Shown: one piece after another, positions 38,383 to 48,122 of the stretch
Layout: every line of letters begins with the position of its first letter
Position numbering within the stretch: position 1 is the stretch's first letter
Assembly (NCBI GenBank): GCA_965207885.1
Contig: OZ242311.1
Coordinates: forward strand, 1,888,001-1,952,000
Source of the DNA: Candidatus Latescibacterota bacterium
GTDB taxonomy: Bacteria; Latescibacterota; UBA2968
Reading direction: 5' to 3'
DNA length: 64,000 nucleotides
The notes under the pieces: generated by a model
Told to the model about the DNA's origin: nothing
Databases searched by the model: none
The model's input: only the letters and a program-made list of their open reading frames with translations
Translations under genes and position numbers: made by a program

Positions 38383-39810
38383 ATGGCAAATTATTGTCCC
38401 AATATTGTGCTTGTGATGTGCGACCAGATGCGCTGGGATGCTGCTGGTTTTGCGGGTAGTTCTGTTGTTCAAACGCCCCATCTGGACCGTTTATCCGAGG
38501 GTGGTGTGTGTTTTGAAAATGCCTATTGCGCTTCTCCTGTTTGTTCGCCCGCTCGGGCGAGTTGGTTGACCGGGTGCTATCCCCACGCCCACTTGCAATT
38601 GCGAAATTACGGGCCAAAACGAGGAAAAGACTGGGGGAGTTATCTGCCGCAGGACCGCGTTACGATGGGCGATGTTTTGAAACGCGCGGGATATCGCTGT
38701 GGCATGGTAGGCCCGTGGCATCTGGGCGATGACCATGCACCACAGCACGGGTTTGAGGATTTCTGGCAGACCTATCGATATCTGGACGACGAATATACAG
38801 ATCCCCTTTTCGATTATTTTGAACGCGAGGGGGTACCCAATCTCTACAGCGATAAGGATGCCGTCACGCAATACGGAAATATACTGGCTTTTACGACACT
38901 TACAGATCCGCGACAGCAGCGTACGACCTGGACGGTTGACCGCGCGATTGATTTTTTGCGCCGGCAAGAAGATGACCCGTTTTTTCTTTTTGTGAGCGTT
39001 AAGGATCCGCATCCCCTCATCGTTATCCCACCAGAATTGCTCGAGCTCTATCCGGTAGATCAAATGCCCTTGCCGGATTCTCTGCGAGATCCACTTGAGG
39101 GTAAACCGCATTTTCAAACCCGCACAAAATTTCGCATGCCCAATACAGTGATAGATCGGCAGTTCTGCGAGATGATTGCGTACTATTACGCTCTGATTAC
39201 CCATATTGACGCGCAGGTCGGGCGTCTGGTCGGCGTTCTTGAAGAACAGAATATGCGCGATAATACGATCGTAGTTTTTATGAGCGACCACGGCGAACTG
39301 CTCGGCGATCACGGTTGCACAGAAAAGTGTCTCATGTACGAGGCCTCGGTCAGAGTTCCTTGCCTGCTTTCGTGGCCGCGTGCGCTCCCAATGGGTTTGC
39401 GCGTGACGACCCCGCTTGCCGGTGTTGATTTAATGCCGACTTTGCTCGATCTGGCAGGCGAGATACTGCCCAAGAAAATCGATGGTCGTTCCGTTGCAGA
39501 TGCGATCCTGAATGGTCGGCAACCCGAACCGCAGCCCATTTTTGCAGAGATCGCCAGCCAGGAGGCCGTTTATTGGGGGTCAACAGAAAGAGAGCAGTTT
39601 GCCGCGCATGTGATGAATCTCGATGGTCGCTGGAAGTATATTCGCAATCGTTTTGATATCGACGAGTTGTACGATTTGGAGACAGATCCGGGCGAAATGC
39701 AAAATCTCGCGCAGCTTTCCAAATATCAACCGCGCATTACAGCTATGCGCCAGCAAATCGCCGAGATGATTTGCCATACGGGTCCCGGTCCTTACGATTG
39801 GTGTTTGTAA
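38383..39810 (+). CDS. Formylglycine-dependent sulfatase
   Basis: CDQMR, CSPAR, SDHG. Confidence 0.93.
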   Translation: MANYCPNIVLVMCDQMRWDAAGFAGSSVVQTPHLDRLSEGGVCFENAYCASPVCSPARASWLTGCYPHAHLQLRNYGPKRGKDWGSYLPQDRVTMGDVLKRAGYRCGMVGPWHLGDDHAPQHGFEDFWQTYRYLDDEYTDPLFDYFEREGVPNLYSDKDAVTQYGNILAFTTLTDPRQQRTTWTVDRAIDFLRRQEDDPFFLFVSVKDPHPLIVIPPELLELYPVDQMPLPDSLRDPLEGKPHFQTRTKFRMPNTVIDRQFCEMIAYYYALITHIDAQVGRLVGVLEEQNMRDNTIVVFMSDHGELLGDHGCTEKCLMYEASVRVPCLLSWPRALPMGLRVTTPLAGVDLMPTLLDLAGEILPKKIDGRSVADAILNGRQPEPQPIFAEIASQEAVYWGSTEREQFAAHVMNLDGRWKYIRNRFDIDELYDLETDPGEMQNLAQLSKYQPRITAMRQQIAEMICHTGPGPYDWCL

Positions 39811-39844
39811 GTGCAGGTAGCGCGCAAAAAGGAGAACTGACAAG

Positions 39845-40792
39845 ATGAGAGAATCAACAGGTTTTGCCCAGAAAGATCCCATTCCATTTGAGGTGTTTGC
39901 GGGTTTCGAGCGGCTTGAGAGTGTCAATCCCATTATTGCCTGCGAGCCGCCAGAGTGGGCCGCTGCAGCCCATGCATTTGTGATGGATGATACGGTTCAC
40001 TATTTGTGGGGGAGGAGAAAAGAGGGCAATTATTGGGTTTTGATGCATAGCACGGCTCCGGTGAAAGATCCGGCAAAGATCGCGCACGATCCTCGCAATC
40101 CCGTGCTTTTGCCTTCGAGCGAGGGGTTTGACGATTATACAATCGAATATCCTTTTCCGTTTTGGAATCCCGCCGATGGCAGGTTCTATGTTTATTATTT
40201 GGGACGACGACAAAAGCCGCCAAAGCAGACGGGTCTATTGGTCGGGGATGGTGATTTTGGCAAATGGACGCGCGTTTGTCAGACGCCTGTGATTGCCTCA
40301 GATACCGCGCACGAGCGACAGGGGTCGTCGCATCCCTCGGTTGTGGTTGTAGATGATACCATACATATCATTTATACGGGGGAGTCGGCAGATCCGCCGA
40401 CCTTATGCCACGCGACTGCGCCGACGAGCGACCCCGAGGCTGTTACCAAAGATCCCGCCAATCCCATTTTTAAAGGCAGTGGAGAAATGTGGGATAGTTG
40501 TGGTGTCCGGGAGGCTGAGATTTTTAAGGGTCCACAGTATTTCCATCTCTTTTACGGGGGTTCCGATGGTGAGACCTGGCGGATTGGACATGTTCGGACG
40601 CGCGATTTTTGCACCTTTGAACCCAATCCGCACAATCCAATTTTTTCGCCCTCGCCAGATCCCGATGCATGGGACTGCGATGGGATACTAACGCCTCAGG
40701 TGATTGAAATCGACAACCGCTACTACATGGTTTATGCGGGTATGAGAGGGAGGGAGTGGCAGACGGGGCTCGCGGTAATGCGATCTCTATGA
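39845..40792 (+). CDS. Five-bladed beta-propeller glycoside hydrolase-like protein
   Basis: Repeated NPV/NPIF, WD, YMVYAG motifs. Confidence 0.65.
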   Translation: MRESTGFAQKDPIPFEVFAGFERLESVNPIIACEPPEWAAAAHAFVMDDTVHYLWGRRKEGNYWVLMHSTAPVKDPAKIAHDPRNPVLLPSSEGFDDYTIEYPFPFWNPADGRFYVYYLGRRQKPPKQTGLLVGDGDFGKWTRVCQTPVIASDTAHERQGSSHPSVVVVDDTIHIIYTGESADPPTLCHATAPTSDPEAVTKDPANPIFKGSGEMWDSCGVREAEIFKGPQYFHLFYGGSDGETWRIGHVRTRDFCTFEPNPHNPIFSPSPDPDAWDCDGILTPQVIEIDNRYYMVYAGMRGREWQTGLAVMRSL

Positions 40793-40793
40793 C

Positions 40794-41897
40794 TCAGTCT
40801 TTCAGAACGCGGTTGGGCGTGTACTGGTTTGTATAGTGACGCATGTTTCCTGTGGCGTTGTTCTGTTTGATGGCGTCGGCGGGGAAGGTATGGAGAAACC
40901 AGTTGTTGTAGATTTCAGCACTTTCCTGGGGGATACCCCGAATGACTACGGCGGGTACACTGGTGGCGTGAAAGGTATTGTGGTGGATTAACATGAGATC
41001 GCCGGCGATGTGCGTATCGTCACCTCGATCTCGGCCGCCGTGCATGTCAAAGCTGTGGCTGTTGGCGTTTTCCAGAATCAGATTGTAACGAGCCTCATAG
41101 CTGGTGCCGGGCCTGCCAGTGCCTGCAATGTGGTGGCGGCACCAGTCGAACAAATTGGCTTCGATAAGGGCGTTGGACTGGTCCAGCACCACGCCGTAGC
41201 CCAGGCCATAGCGCTGGTTGTGGTGAAAGTAGTTGTGATGGATGTGGTTGTCCGTCGAGCCAGCTCGCAGGAAGATCGCGGCGTGGCTCCAGCCCCAGAG
41301 TTCGCAGTTATCGACTTCGAGGTTGGGGTATTCGGTCTGGATGGCGCGAGAGTTGGGGATGCTGTAGTAGCGCCCTTCTGCGTGGAGTTGTCTCATCTGC
41401 TCGGTGCGCCTGAGGGTGTCCGGTCCCTGGAAGCGAAGGCCAGTGATACGGACGTTGGGTCCGGCGGCGATAAAGAGAGGTATGGTTTCGAGTTGTTTGG
41501 AGTAGAGCAAGGCACCCTGGGAGCCGGGTTTGCCCCGGCCGCTGGCGAGCGTGACGCCTCCGCGTATGGCGATGTTCTGGTGTCCGGTCAGGTCGATTCT
41601 GACGGTATCTACTATATAGACTATCTGGTTGGTACCGGCGAACTCGAGGGCGTCGAGCAGTTCCATGCGGTTTGTGACCAGGTATTCGGATGGGTCAAGC
41701 AGGCGGTTGTAGCCCTCGCCGCCGCCTATGGGATTGCCGGTGGGGTTGATGTCGGCACCGAATTTGTCATCTGACAGCAGGGGTTTTTCCTGCTGATCGT
41801 TGCCGTCTGAGGAAGGATCGGGGGTGAGTGACTTTTCTTTGTCAGAACAGGCGAGTAAAAGGAGGAGTGCGGTGAGATATCTAAGCATTCCCGACAT
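40794..41897 (-). CDS. Lipoprotein with right-handed parallel beta-helix
   Basis: Lipobox LLLAC; HIHHNYFHHN, FDMHG, IHHNTF. Confidence 0.7.
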   Translation of the reverse strand: MSGMLRYLTALLLLLACSDKEKSLTPDPSSDGNDQQEKPLLSDDKFGADINPTGNPIGGGEGYNRLLDPSEYLVTNRMELLDALEFAGTNQIVYIVDTVRIDLTGHQNIAIRGGVTLASGRGKPGSQGALLYSKQLETIPLFIAAGPNVRITGLRFQGPDTLRRTEQMRQLHAEGRYYSIPNSRAIQTEYPNLEVDNCELWGWSHAAIFLRAGSTDNHIHHNYFHHNQRYGLGYGVVLDQSNALIEANLFDWCRHHIAGTGRPGTSYEARYNLILENANSHSFDMHGGRDRGDDTHIAGDLMLIHHNTFHATSVPAVVIRGIPQESAEIYNNWFLHTFPADAIKQNNATGNMRHYTNQYTPNRVLKD

Positions 41898-41965
41898 GTT
41901 AATATCCTTCTCTGAACCACTCACAACACGAAGAGAAATTTTAAGCTTAACTTTGTAATAAAATT

Positions 41966-42226
41966 CTATTGCAAAGGTGCTAATTTGCTCAATGATTCAT
42001 GATTTCGCGCTCGTCGCCACAGATTTCTCAAGTCGTTCTGATGTAATGATGCCCACTCAATTGTCAAACCCAATGCTCGTGAAGGTAGGTCGCCTGCGAT
42101 TACCGCCAATGTCTCAATATTTATCAAGGCTTCATATTCTGCATATTCCGCATGGAAATGTGGAGGAGGATGATCATTTACATGTATTCTGATAATGATT
42201 CCATAAAACCGACATATCTCAGGCAT
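41966..42226 (-). CDS. DUF4160 protein (toxin-like)
   Basis: MPEICRFYGI...DHPPPHFHA. Confidence 0.88.
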   Translation of the reverse strand: MPEICRFYGIIIRIHVNDHPPPHFHAEYAEYEALINIETLAVIAGDLPSRALGLTIEWASLHQNDLRNLWRRARNHESLSKLAPLQ

Positions 42227-42506
42227 TTACATTTTCCATCCTTAACCTGGGAAAAATATCCTCGGGCGTTTCTCCCGTAATTTCCAAATAGAGCGAATCT
42301 GCACATAGATCTATTTCATCTGTCCAGATAATAAATCTGCCGTTTTTAACTTGAAAATTTCGAAACACGCTTGCATCTTTCCAGGCCGAGAATATACCTT
42401 TTCCAACGAGATGGGATAGATCTACTTCGCCTTCAACGCCATCTGAATATTGAATCCAAATTTTATAATCAGCGCACGCTTTTGCAGATATGATTTTAAT
42501 CATCAA
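42219..42506 (-). CDS. DUF2442 protein (antitoxin-like)
   Basis: YSDGVEGEVDL...W...IDLCADSLY. Confidence 0.85.
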   Translation of the reverse strand: MMIKIISAKACADYKIWIQYSDGVEGEVDLSHLVGKGIFSAWKDASVFRNFQVKNGRFIIWTDEIDLCADSLYLEITGETPEDIFPRLRMENVNA

Positions 42507-42638
42507 TAAATCTCCTATGCCAGACTGTGATCCGTTTCAGAATGGTTTATCAACCAAAAACTACGGCAATTTAGTTGATTGATCAAGTCGAATACAAGTC
42601 CAACCAACACGGGACCATTCACGAGAAAGGAGTTCGCA

Positions 42639-43607
42639 ATGCGCGATATTGTGGTCTTTAGCGGGAACGCACATCGTCAATTGGCAGAGCATATATGCCA
42701 GTATCTGAGCGTGCCTCTTAGGCAGAGTACGATTAACCGCTTCAGTAACGATTGCATTCAGGTGCAGTTAAACGCCAATTGTCGGGAGGCTGATGTCTTC
42801 CTGATTCAACCTCTTGTGCCACCTGTCCAGGACCATCTCATGGAACTCCTGCAGATGCTGGACGCGGCGCGCGGGGCATCGGCTGCCCGTACGACGGCCG
42901 TTATTCCATATTACAGTTACGCGCGATCTGATAAAAAAGATGCGCCTCGCATTTCTATTGCAGGGAGACTGGTGGCAGATTTGATTGATACGGCAGGTGC
43001 TAATCGGGTGCTTACGATGGCCCTTCACGCGCCGCAGGTACATGGATTTTTTCGCATTCCCGTCGATCATCTCAATGCTCTCCATGTGTTGGCGAGATAT
43101 TTCCGGGGCAAAGACCTTGCGGATACGGTCGTTGTTTCGCCCGATCTTGGAGGCGCAAAGGAGGCAACGCATTTTGCCCGTCTGCTCAAGTTGCCCGTAG
43201 CTGCTGGAACCAAGCGCCGCATCAGCGATGAAAAAGTCGTGATTGATTCAATCGTTGGCGATGTAGAGGGGAAGAAGGTGATTGTTCTGGACGAAGAGAT
43301 AGCCACGGGGGGAACACTTGTGGAACTTATTGATCGCCTTCGGGAGCGCGGCGTTAATCACATCACGGTATCCTGCACACACGGACTTTTTACTGGACAG
43401 GCTCTGCCGCGTTTGGGTGCAATTGCAGAGGTGAAGGAATTGGTGACGACAGATACAGTTCCACTTTCTTCGCAGAGCCAATGTCCTCCCAATCTGACCA
43501 GTCTATCCGTGGCACCTCTCCTGGGTGAGGCAATCCGCAGGATACACCACGGGGAATCGGTTAGTAGTCTATTCACGGCTCCAGATTGGATCGTCGATAC
43601 AGAATAG
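42639..43607 (+). CDS. prs: Ribose-phosphate pyrophosphokinase
   Basis: PYYSYARSD, LHAPQ, VVSPDLGG, DEEIATGGT, THGLF. Confidence 0.88.
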   Translation: MRDIVVFSGNAHRQLAEHICQYLSVPLRQSTINRFSNDCIQVQLNANCREADVFLIQPLVPPVQDHLMELLQMLDAARGASAARTTAVIPYYSYARSDKKDAPRISIAGRLVADLIDTAGANRVLTMALHAPQVHGFFRIPVDHLNALHVLARYFRGKDLADTVVVSPDLGGAKEATHFARLLKLPVAAGTKRRISDEKVVIDSIVGDVEGKKVIVLDEEIATGGTLVELIDRLRERGVNHITVSCTHGLFTGQALPRLGAIAEVKELVTTDTVPLSSQSQCPPNLTSLSVAPLLGEAIRRIHHGESVSSLFTAPDWIVDTE

Positions 43608-43621
43608 AGGCTTTTGGGCAA

Positions 43622-43927
43622 TTAAGTCGCAGGGGTGGTATCAGTTAATGGCTCAATTTGAAGATCGCCGATCTTTTGTTGCGCGTGCCAGAGGTCGTAT
43701 TGCAGTTGCAAATTCATCCAGAAAACGGGTGTTGTCCGAAATGCTTTGCTCAACCGAATCGCCATTTCTGGACTTACTCCAGCTTTGCCATTGACAAGCT
43801 CAGAAACGGTCTTTCGCGCCACGCCAAGTGTATGGGCTACTTCTGTCACTGTCAGGTTTAGTGGGATTAAACAAAGTTCTTTCAAAATTTCACCTGGATG
43901 AGCCGGATTGTACATTTCCATAAACAT
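43622..43927 (-). CDS. higA: HigA antitoxin
   Basis: HPGEIL...[20 protein letters not shown]. Confidence 0.9.
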   Translation of the reverse strand: MFMEMYNPAHPGEILKELCLIPLNLTVTEVAHTLGVARKTVSELVNGKAGVSPEMAIRLSKAFRTTPVFWMNLQLQYDLWHAQQKIGDLQIEPLTDTTPAT

Positions 43928-43932
43928 GTTCC

Positions 43933-43990
43933 TCAGTGATAGTCCACGAGATCCACATCAAATACGACGCCATCTTTAAAATAGGTTAAA
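43933..43990 (-). pseudogene. higB: 3' remnant of the HigB toxin gene
   Basis: Minus strand reads [17 protein letters not shown] just before higA. Confidence 0.7.
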
Positions 43991-43994
43991 GATA

Positions 43995-44678
43995 ATGAAA
44001 AAGAAAGCTGTTGTCTTGCTCAGTGGTGGGTTGGATTCTACTACAACTTTGGCTATTGCCACAAATCGAGGTCATGCCTGTTACGCGATCACATTTCGCT
44101 ATGGACAGCGACACGAAATCGAATTCGAATGTGCGAAAAAAATTGCCGCTCATTTTGGCGTTCGGGATCACGTTATTGCCAATATTGATTCGCGCGCTTT
44201 TGGTGGTTCGGCATTAACCGACGATATCGATGTGCCCAAAAATCGAGATGAGAGCGAAATGTCCGACGGTATCCCGGTCACTTATGTACCCGCTCGCAAT
44301 ACGATTTTTCTTTCTTACGCGCTTGCACTGGCCGAATCTCTCGATATCCGCGATATTTTTATTGGTGTCAACGCCATTGATTACAGCGGTTATCCCGATT
44401 GCCGCCCCGAATATATCGCCGCCTTTCAAGATATGGCGAATCTCGCCACTAAAGCTGGTGTTGAAGGGGATGCGTTCACGATTCACACGCCGCTTATTGA
44501 TCTGACCAAAGTCGAGATTATCAAACGCGGCGTAGAACTCGGCGTTGATTACGCTATGACCTGTACCTGTTACGATCCCGACATAGAAGGCCGCGCGTGC
44601 GGGCAGTGCGACGCCTGTCTGTTGCGCTTGCAGGGGTTTGCCCAAAATGGTATGAAAGATCCGGTGGCCTATCGGTGA
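43995..44678 (+). CDS. queC: 7-cyano-7-deazaguanine synthase
   Basis: SGGLDS, YGQRH, TYVPARN, YPDCR, CGQCDAC. Confidence 0.96.
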   Translation: MKKKAVVLLSGGLDSTTTLAIATNRGHACYAITFRYGQRHEIEFECAKKIAAHFGVRDHVIANIDSRAFGGSALTDDIDVPKNRDESEMSDGIPVTYVPARNTIFLSYALALAESLDIRDIFIGVNAIDYSGYPDCRPEYIAAFQDMANLATKAGVEGDAFTIHTPLIDLTKVEIIKRGVELGVDYAMTCTCYDPDIEGRACGQCDACLLRLQGFAQNGMKDPVAYR

Positions 44679-44779
44679 GAGGTGGTTTTTCATTGCCGCA
44701 ATGTACGCTTGCTAAATTTATGCGGATTTACGATCTTACGGGCAGTTATTGGTACATTCACCTTTAAAGAATTGTGTTT

Positions 44780-46117
44780 ATGTCTGCTCTTTCTCTCGAC
44801 CAACTCATTGCCGACTATTGCGATCAAAACGCATACTCGCAACGCCTTTTTAAACGCGCACAAGAAGTTTTGCCCGGCGGCAATACGCGCACCGGTGTTT
44901 TTGTCAATCCCTTCCCGATTTACGCGGACCAGGGTGAGGGTGTTCATATAGATGATGTCGATGGCAACCGCCGTCTCGACTTCGTCAACAACGCCACCGC
45001 CCTCATCCTCGGTCACGCCCATCCCGCTGTGAGCGATGCCCTGCGCGAACGCATCAATAGTGGCACGGCCTTTTTTGGCCCTACCCAACTCGAAATCGAA
45101 TGGGCAGAACTCCTGCGCGAGCGCGTCCCTTCCCTCGAACATCTGCGCTTTTGCAGTTCGGGGACTGAGTCTGTAGGTAATGCCTTGCGCGTTGCCCGCG
45201 CTTTTACGGGGCGTCAAAAAATTGCCAAATTTGAAGGTGCGTATCACGGTATTGACGATCCGGCTCTCATAAGCTATGTGCCACCTGTTACTCCCGACCT
45301 CGGTCCCGAAGACGCGCCTCATTCGGTGCTTTCTTCTGCCGGTCTGGCACCCGCGACTGCTGAAAATGTCCTCGTTTTGCCCTTTAACAATGCGCGCGCT
45401 TGTGAACATCTCATTCGCCAACACGCCGAAGAACTCGCCTGCGTCATTATTGATCCGCTTTCTACGGCTGCTGGTATGGCTTTGCCGGATTCCGAATTTC
45501 TCGCGCTCTTGCGCGATGTGACGCGGGAACTCGGTATTCTCCTTATTTTTGATGAAATTGTCAGTTTTCGAATGACGTCGGGCGGTACACAGGCGGCGTA
45601 CAATATTACGCCCGATTTGACCTGTCTGGCGAAGGTCATTGCTGGCGGTACCCCGGCAGGTGCTTTTGGCGGTCGCAAAGATGTGATGGCTCTGTATGAT
45701 CCCACTTCTGGTTCGCCTGCGATTCCTCAATCTGGTACGTACAATGGCAATCCGCTCGTGGCTATCGCTGGTCTTATGACTCTTAAAACAATGACTCCCG
45801 ATGCATATCGTCACATTGATTCCCTCACAGAGTACATTGCCGCTGGTCTCAAAGACGCTTTTAAGAGTGCCGATATTCCGGCGACTATTGTCACTGCTGG
45901 CTCGCTTTTTCGCATCTACTTTCTCGACTATACACCTGCCAACTATCGCCAGGCCGCACGAGATAGTGGCGAAAAACACCGCTGGCTCTATTTTTATCTT
46001 TTGAACCACGGTATTGTCATCCGTCAAGGTGGCTGCGTTTCTCTTCCCATGACGAGCAAACACGCCGATGATTTGATCAACTGCGTGCGTGAGGGATTGC
46101 GCGTTTGGCCCTATTAA
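44780..46117 (+). CDS. Class III aminotransferase, glutamate-1-semialdehyde aminomutase-like
   Basis: PGG, SGTE, FEGAYHG, FDEI..FR, AKVIAGG, SGTYNGNP. Confidence 0.85.
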   Translation: MSALSLDQLIADYCDQNAYSQRLFKRAQEVLPGGNTRTGVFVNPFPIYADQGEGVHIDDVDGNRRLDFVNNATALILGHAHPAVSDALRERINSGTAFFGPTQLEIEWAELLRERVPSLEHLRFCSSGTESVGNALRVARAFTGRQKIAKFEGAYHGIDDPALISYVPPVTPDLGPEDAPHSVLSSAGLAPATAENVLVLPFNNARACEHLIRQHAEELACVIIDPLSTAAGMALPDSEFLALLRDVTRELGILLIFDEIVSFRMTSGGTQAAYNITPDLTCLAKVIAGGTPAGAFGGRKDVMALYDPTSGSPAIPQSGTYNGNPLVAIAGLMTLKTMTPDAYRHIDSLTEYIAAGLKDAFKSADIPATIVTAGSLFRIYFLDYTPANYRQAARDSGEKHRWLYFYLLNHGIVIRQGGCVSLPMTSKHADDLINCVREGLRVWPY

Positions 46118-46128
46118 TTTCAAAATAA

Positions 46129-46851
46129 ATGTCTGTATCTATACCAGATGGCCTCGTTGTCCTTACCTTTGATGACGGTGTCAAATCGCAACATACCTTT
46201 GCCGCACCCATCTTGCGCGAATGCGGTTTCAACGCCACTTTCTATATCACCGAGGGCTTGAACTTTCTCACGGATAAAACGCGCTATCTCACCTGGGAAG
46301 AAGTGCGAGAATTACACGATCTGGGCTTTGAAATTGGGAATCACACGCGGCAACACAAAAGCGTTGCCAACCAATCAAGAGAGGAACTTTTATCCGATAT
46401 CCGCTATATTGATCGGCAATGCAACCACTACGGTATCCCGATTCCCACCACATTTTGTTATCCTGGCTACACCAATACCCCCGAAGCTGTTGATGTACTC
46501 AAAGAACGCGGTTTTACTTATGCCCGACGTGGCACTGTACCCGAATATCCTTATGATAGGGAAGGTGGTCGCGGCCCAGCCTATAATCCCGAGCAACACG
46601 ATCCGCTTCTCATTCCAACTACGGGCGCGTCGGGACCGCACTGGAACTTCGACGATTTCTTGTGGTCGCTTGATCAGGCTCAAAACAGTTGTGCCACGGT
46701 CCTCACCTTTCACGGGGTGCCCGATCTCGATCATCCATGGGTGCATACCGAACCCGCATTTTTTGAACGCTGTATGCAACATCTCACAGATAATGGACAC
46801 CGAGTAATCGCCCTGCGCGATCTCACAAACTACATCGCTATGGAGTCCTGA
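46129..46851 (+). CDS. Polysaccharide deacetylase (CE4/NodB)
   Basis: LTFDDG, EIGNHT..H, YPG. Confidence 0.88.
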   Translation: MSVSIPDGLVVLTFDDGVKSQHTFAAPILRECGFNATFYITEGLNFLTDKTRYLTWEEVRELHDLGFEIGNHTRQHKSVANQSREELLSDIRYIDRQCNHYGIPIPTTFCYPGYTNTPEAVDVLKERGFTYARRGTVPEYPYDREGGRGPAYNPEQHDPLLIPTTGASGPHWNFDDFLWSLDQAQNSCATVLTFHGVPDLDHPWVHTEPAFFERCMQHLTDNGHRVIALRDLTNYIAMES

Positions 46852-46852
46852 T

Positions 46853-47653
46853 ATGGTCGATCCTCTTCCCCTTATTGCCTACGACACGCTTGCAGATCAA
46901 ACTGAAGCTCTGTACCGCGATGGCTATGCGTATCTGCCAGGTGTATTGACGTCCGATCAAGTGGCAAAACTCCGCGACCATATGGACGCGCTCACACCGA
47001 TCTCGGAAAGTTTTGACAAAAACGGGCGCCCTGAAGATGTCGGTTTTATAAATAAACACATCAACAATGCGTTTAACCGGCACGCTCATTTTTTACAATT
47101 TCTCGACTGTCCCGGTGTGATTGAGCTCGCTGAAGCTATACACGGCGATGATTGCCACTGCATTGGTATGACCGCATGGATGACGGGTCCCGGTCGTCCC
47201 GATCAGAATCTCCATACTGACTGGCTTCCCCTGAGTCTGCCTGCAGATATACTTGAGGATTCTCGGGTGCGTATCCCCATTTTTATTACTACGGCGCATT
47301 TCTATCTCGACGATATCAGCGAAGCCCTTGGTCCTACTAATTTTATCCCAGGTAGCCATCTTTCGGGCAGAAGCCCCAATGGCGATACAACGTGGAAAGG
47401 GCAGACTGAAAAATCCATCATGTGCAATGCCGGTGATGTGGTCATTTTCCGCAGTGAGGTCTGGCATCGCGGTACGGCCAATACCAGTGATAAAACGCGT
47501 TTTTTGCTTCAAGTCCACTATGCGAAACGCATGATTACGCAAAAATATCCACCCTATCTCAACCGGTTTCAGTTCGATCCCGAGATTATTGAGCAGGCGA
47601 CGCCGCGCCAGCGCCGCCTGATGGGTGATCACAAAAGCAGTAACTACGACTGA
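46853..47653 (+). CDS. PhyH family dioxygenase
   Basis: LHTD, IPGSH, AGDVVIF...WHRG. Confidence 0.85.
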   Translation: MVDPLPLIAYDTLADQTEALYRDGYAYLPGVLTSDQVAKLRDHMDALTPISESFDKNGRPEDVGFINKHINNAFNRHAHFLQFLDCPGVIELAEAIHGDDCHCIGMTAWMTGPGRPDQNLHTDWLPLSLPADILEDSRVRIPIFITTAHFYLDDISEALGPTNFIPGSHLSGRSPNGDTTWKGQTEKSIMCNAGDVVIFRSEVWHRGTANTSDKTRFLLQVHYAKRMITQKYPPYLNRFQFDPEIIEQATPRQRRLMGDHKSSNYD

Positions 47654-47663
47654 GGAGTACACT

Positions 47664-48098
47664 GTGAGTTTCTTGATAGGATATTATCTTTGGCTAAAAG
47701 TTGTACATCTCATCGCTATCATCGGCTGGATGGTCGGCATTTTGTATTTGCCGCGGCTATTTGCCTATCACGCCGATGCCTCTGCTGATACAGATGTGGT
47801 GTTTCAACAGATGGAATACAATCTTATGCGGCTTCTGCTTATGCCCTGTATAATTGTGGTTTTTATTACGGGCATTCTTTTAATTGTTGCAACGGAGAGC
47901 CTGGCGAGCGGGTGGCTTCATACCAAAATTCTACTCGTGCTCATGCTCGCCGGTTTGCACGGCATGATGTCGCGCCAGCGCAAGAATTTTCAACGCGGCG
48001 AAAATACCAGAAGCGCGGCTTATTTTCGCACTTTTAGCCACGTTACAACGCTTATTGTGATCCTCGTTGTCGCGCTGGCTGTTTTGAAACCTTTTTAG
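47664..48098 (+). CDS. hemJ: Protoporphyrinogen oxidase HemJ
   Basis: YLWLKVVHL, LYLPRLFAYH, WLHTK, LAVLKPF. Confidence 0.85.
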   Translation: MSFLIGYYLWLKVVHLIAIIGWMVGILYLPRLFAYHADASADTDVVFQQMEYNLMRLLLMPCIIVVFITGILLIVATESLASGWLHTKILLVLMLAGLHGMMSRQRKNFQRGENTRSAAYFRTFSHVTTLIVILVVALAVLKPF

Positions 48099-48122
48099 TA
48101 TCCTTTTAAGTGGGAGTGAAGC

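Noticed and set aside
43940-43995. preQ1 riboswitch upstream of queC
   Set aside because: No aptamer motif; the sequence is explained as a higB remnant
44690-46123. 477-aa minus-strand ORF
   Set aside because: Antisense of the aminotransferase
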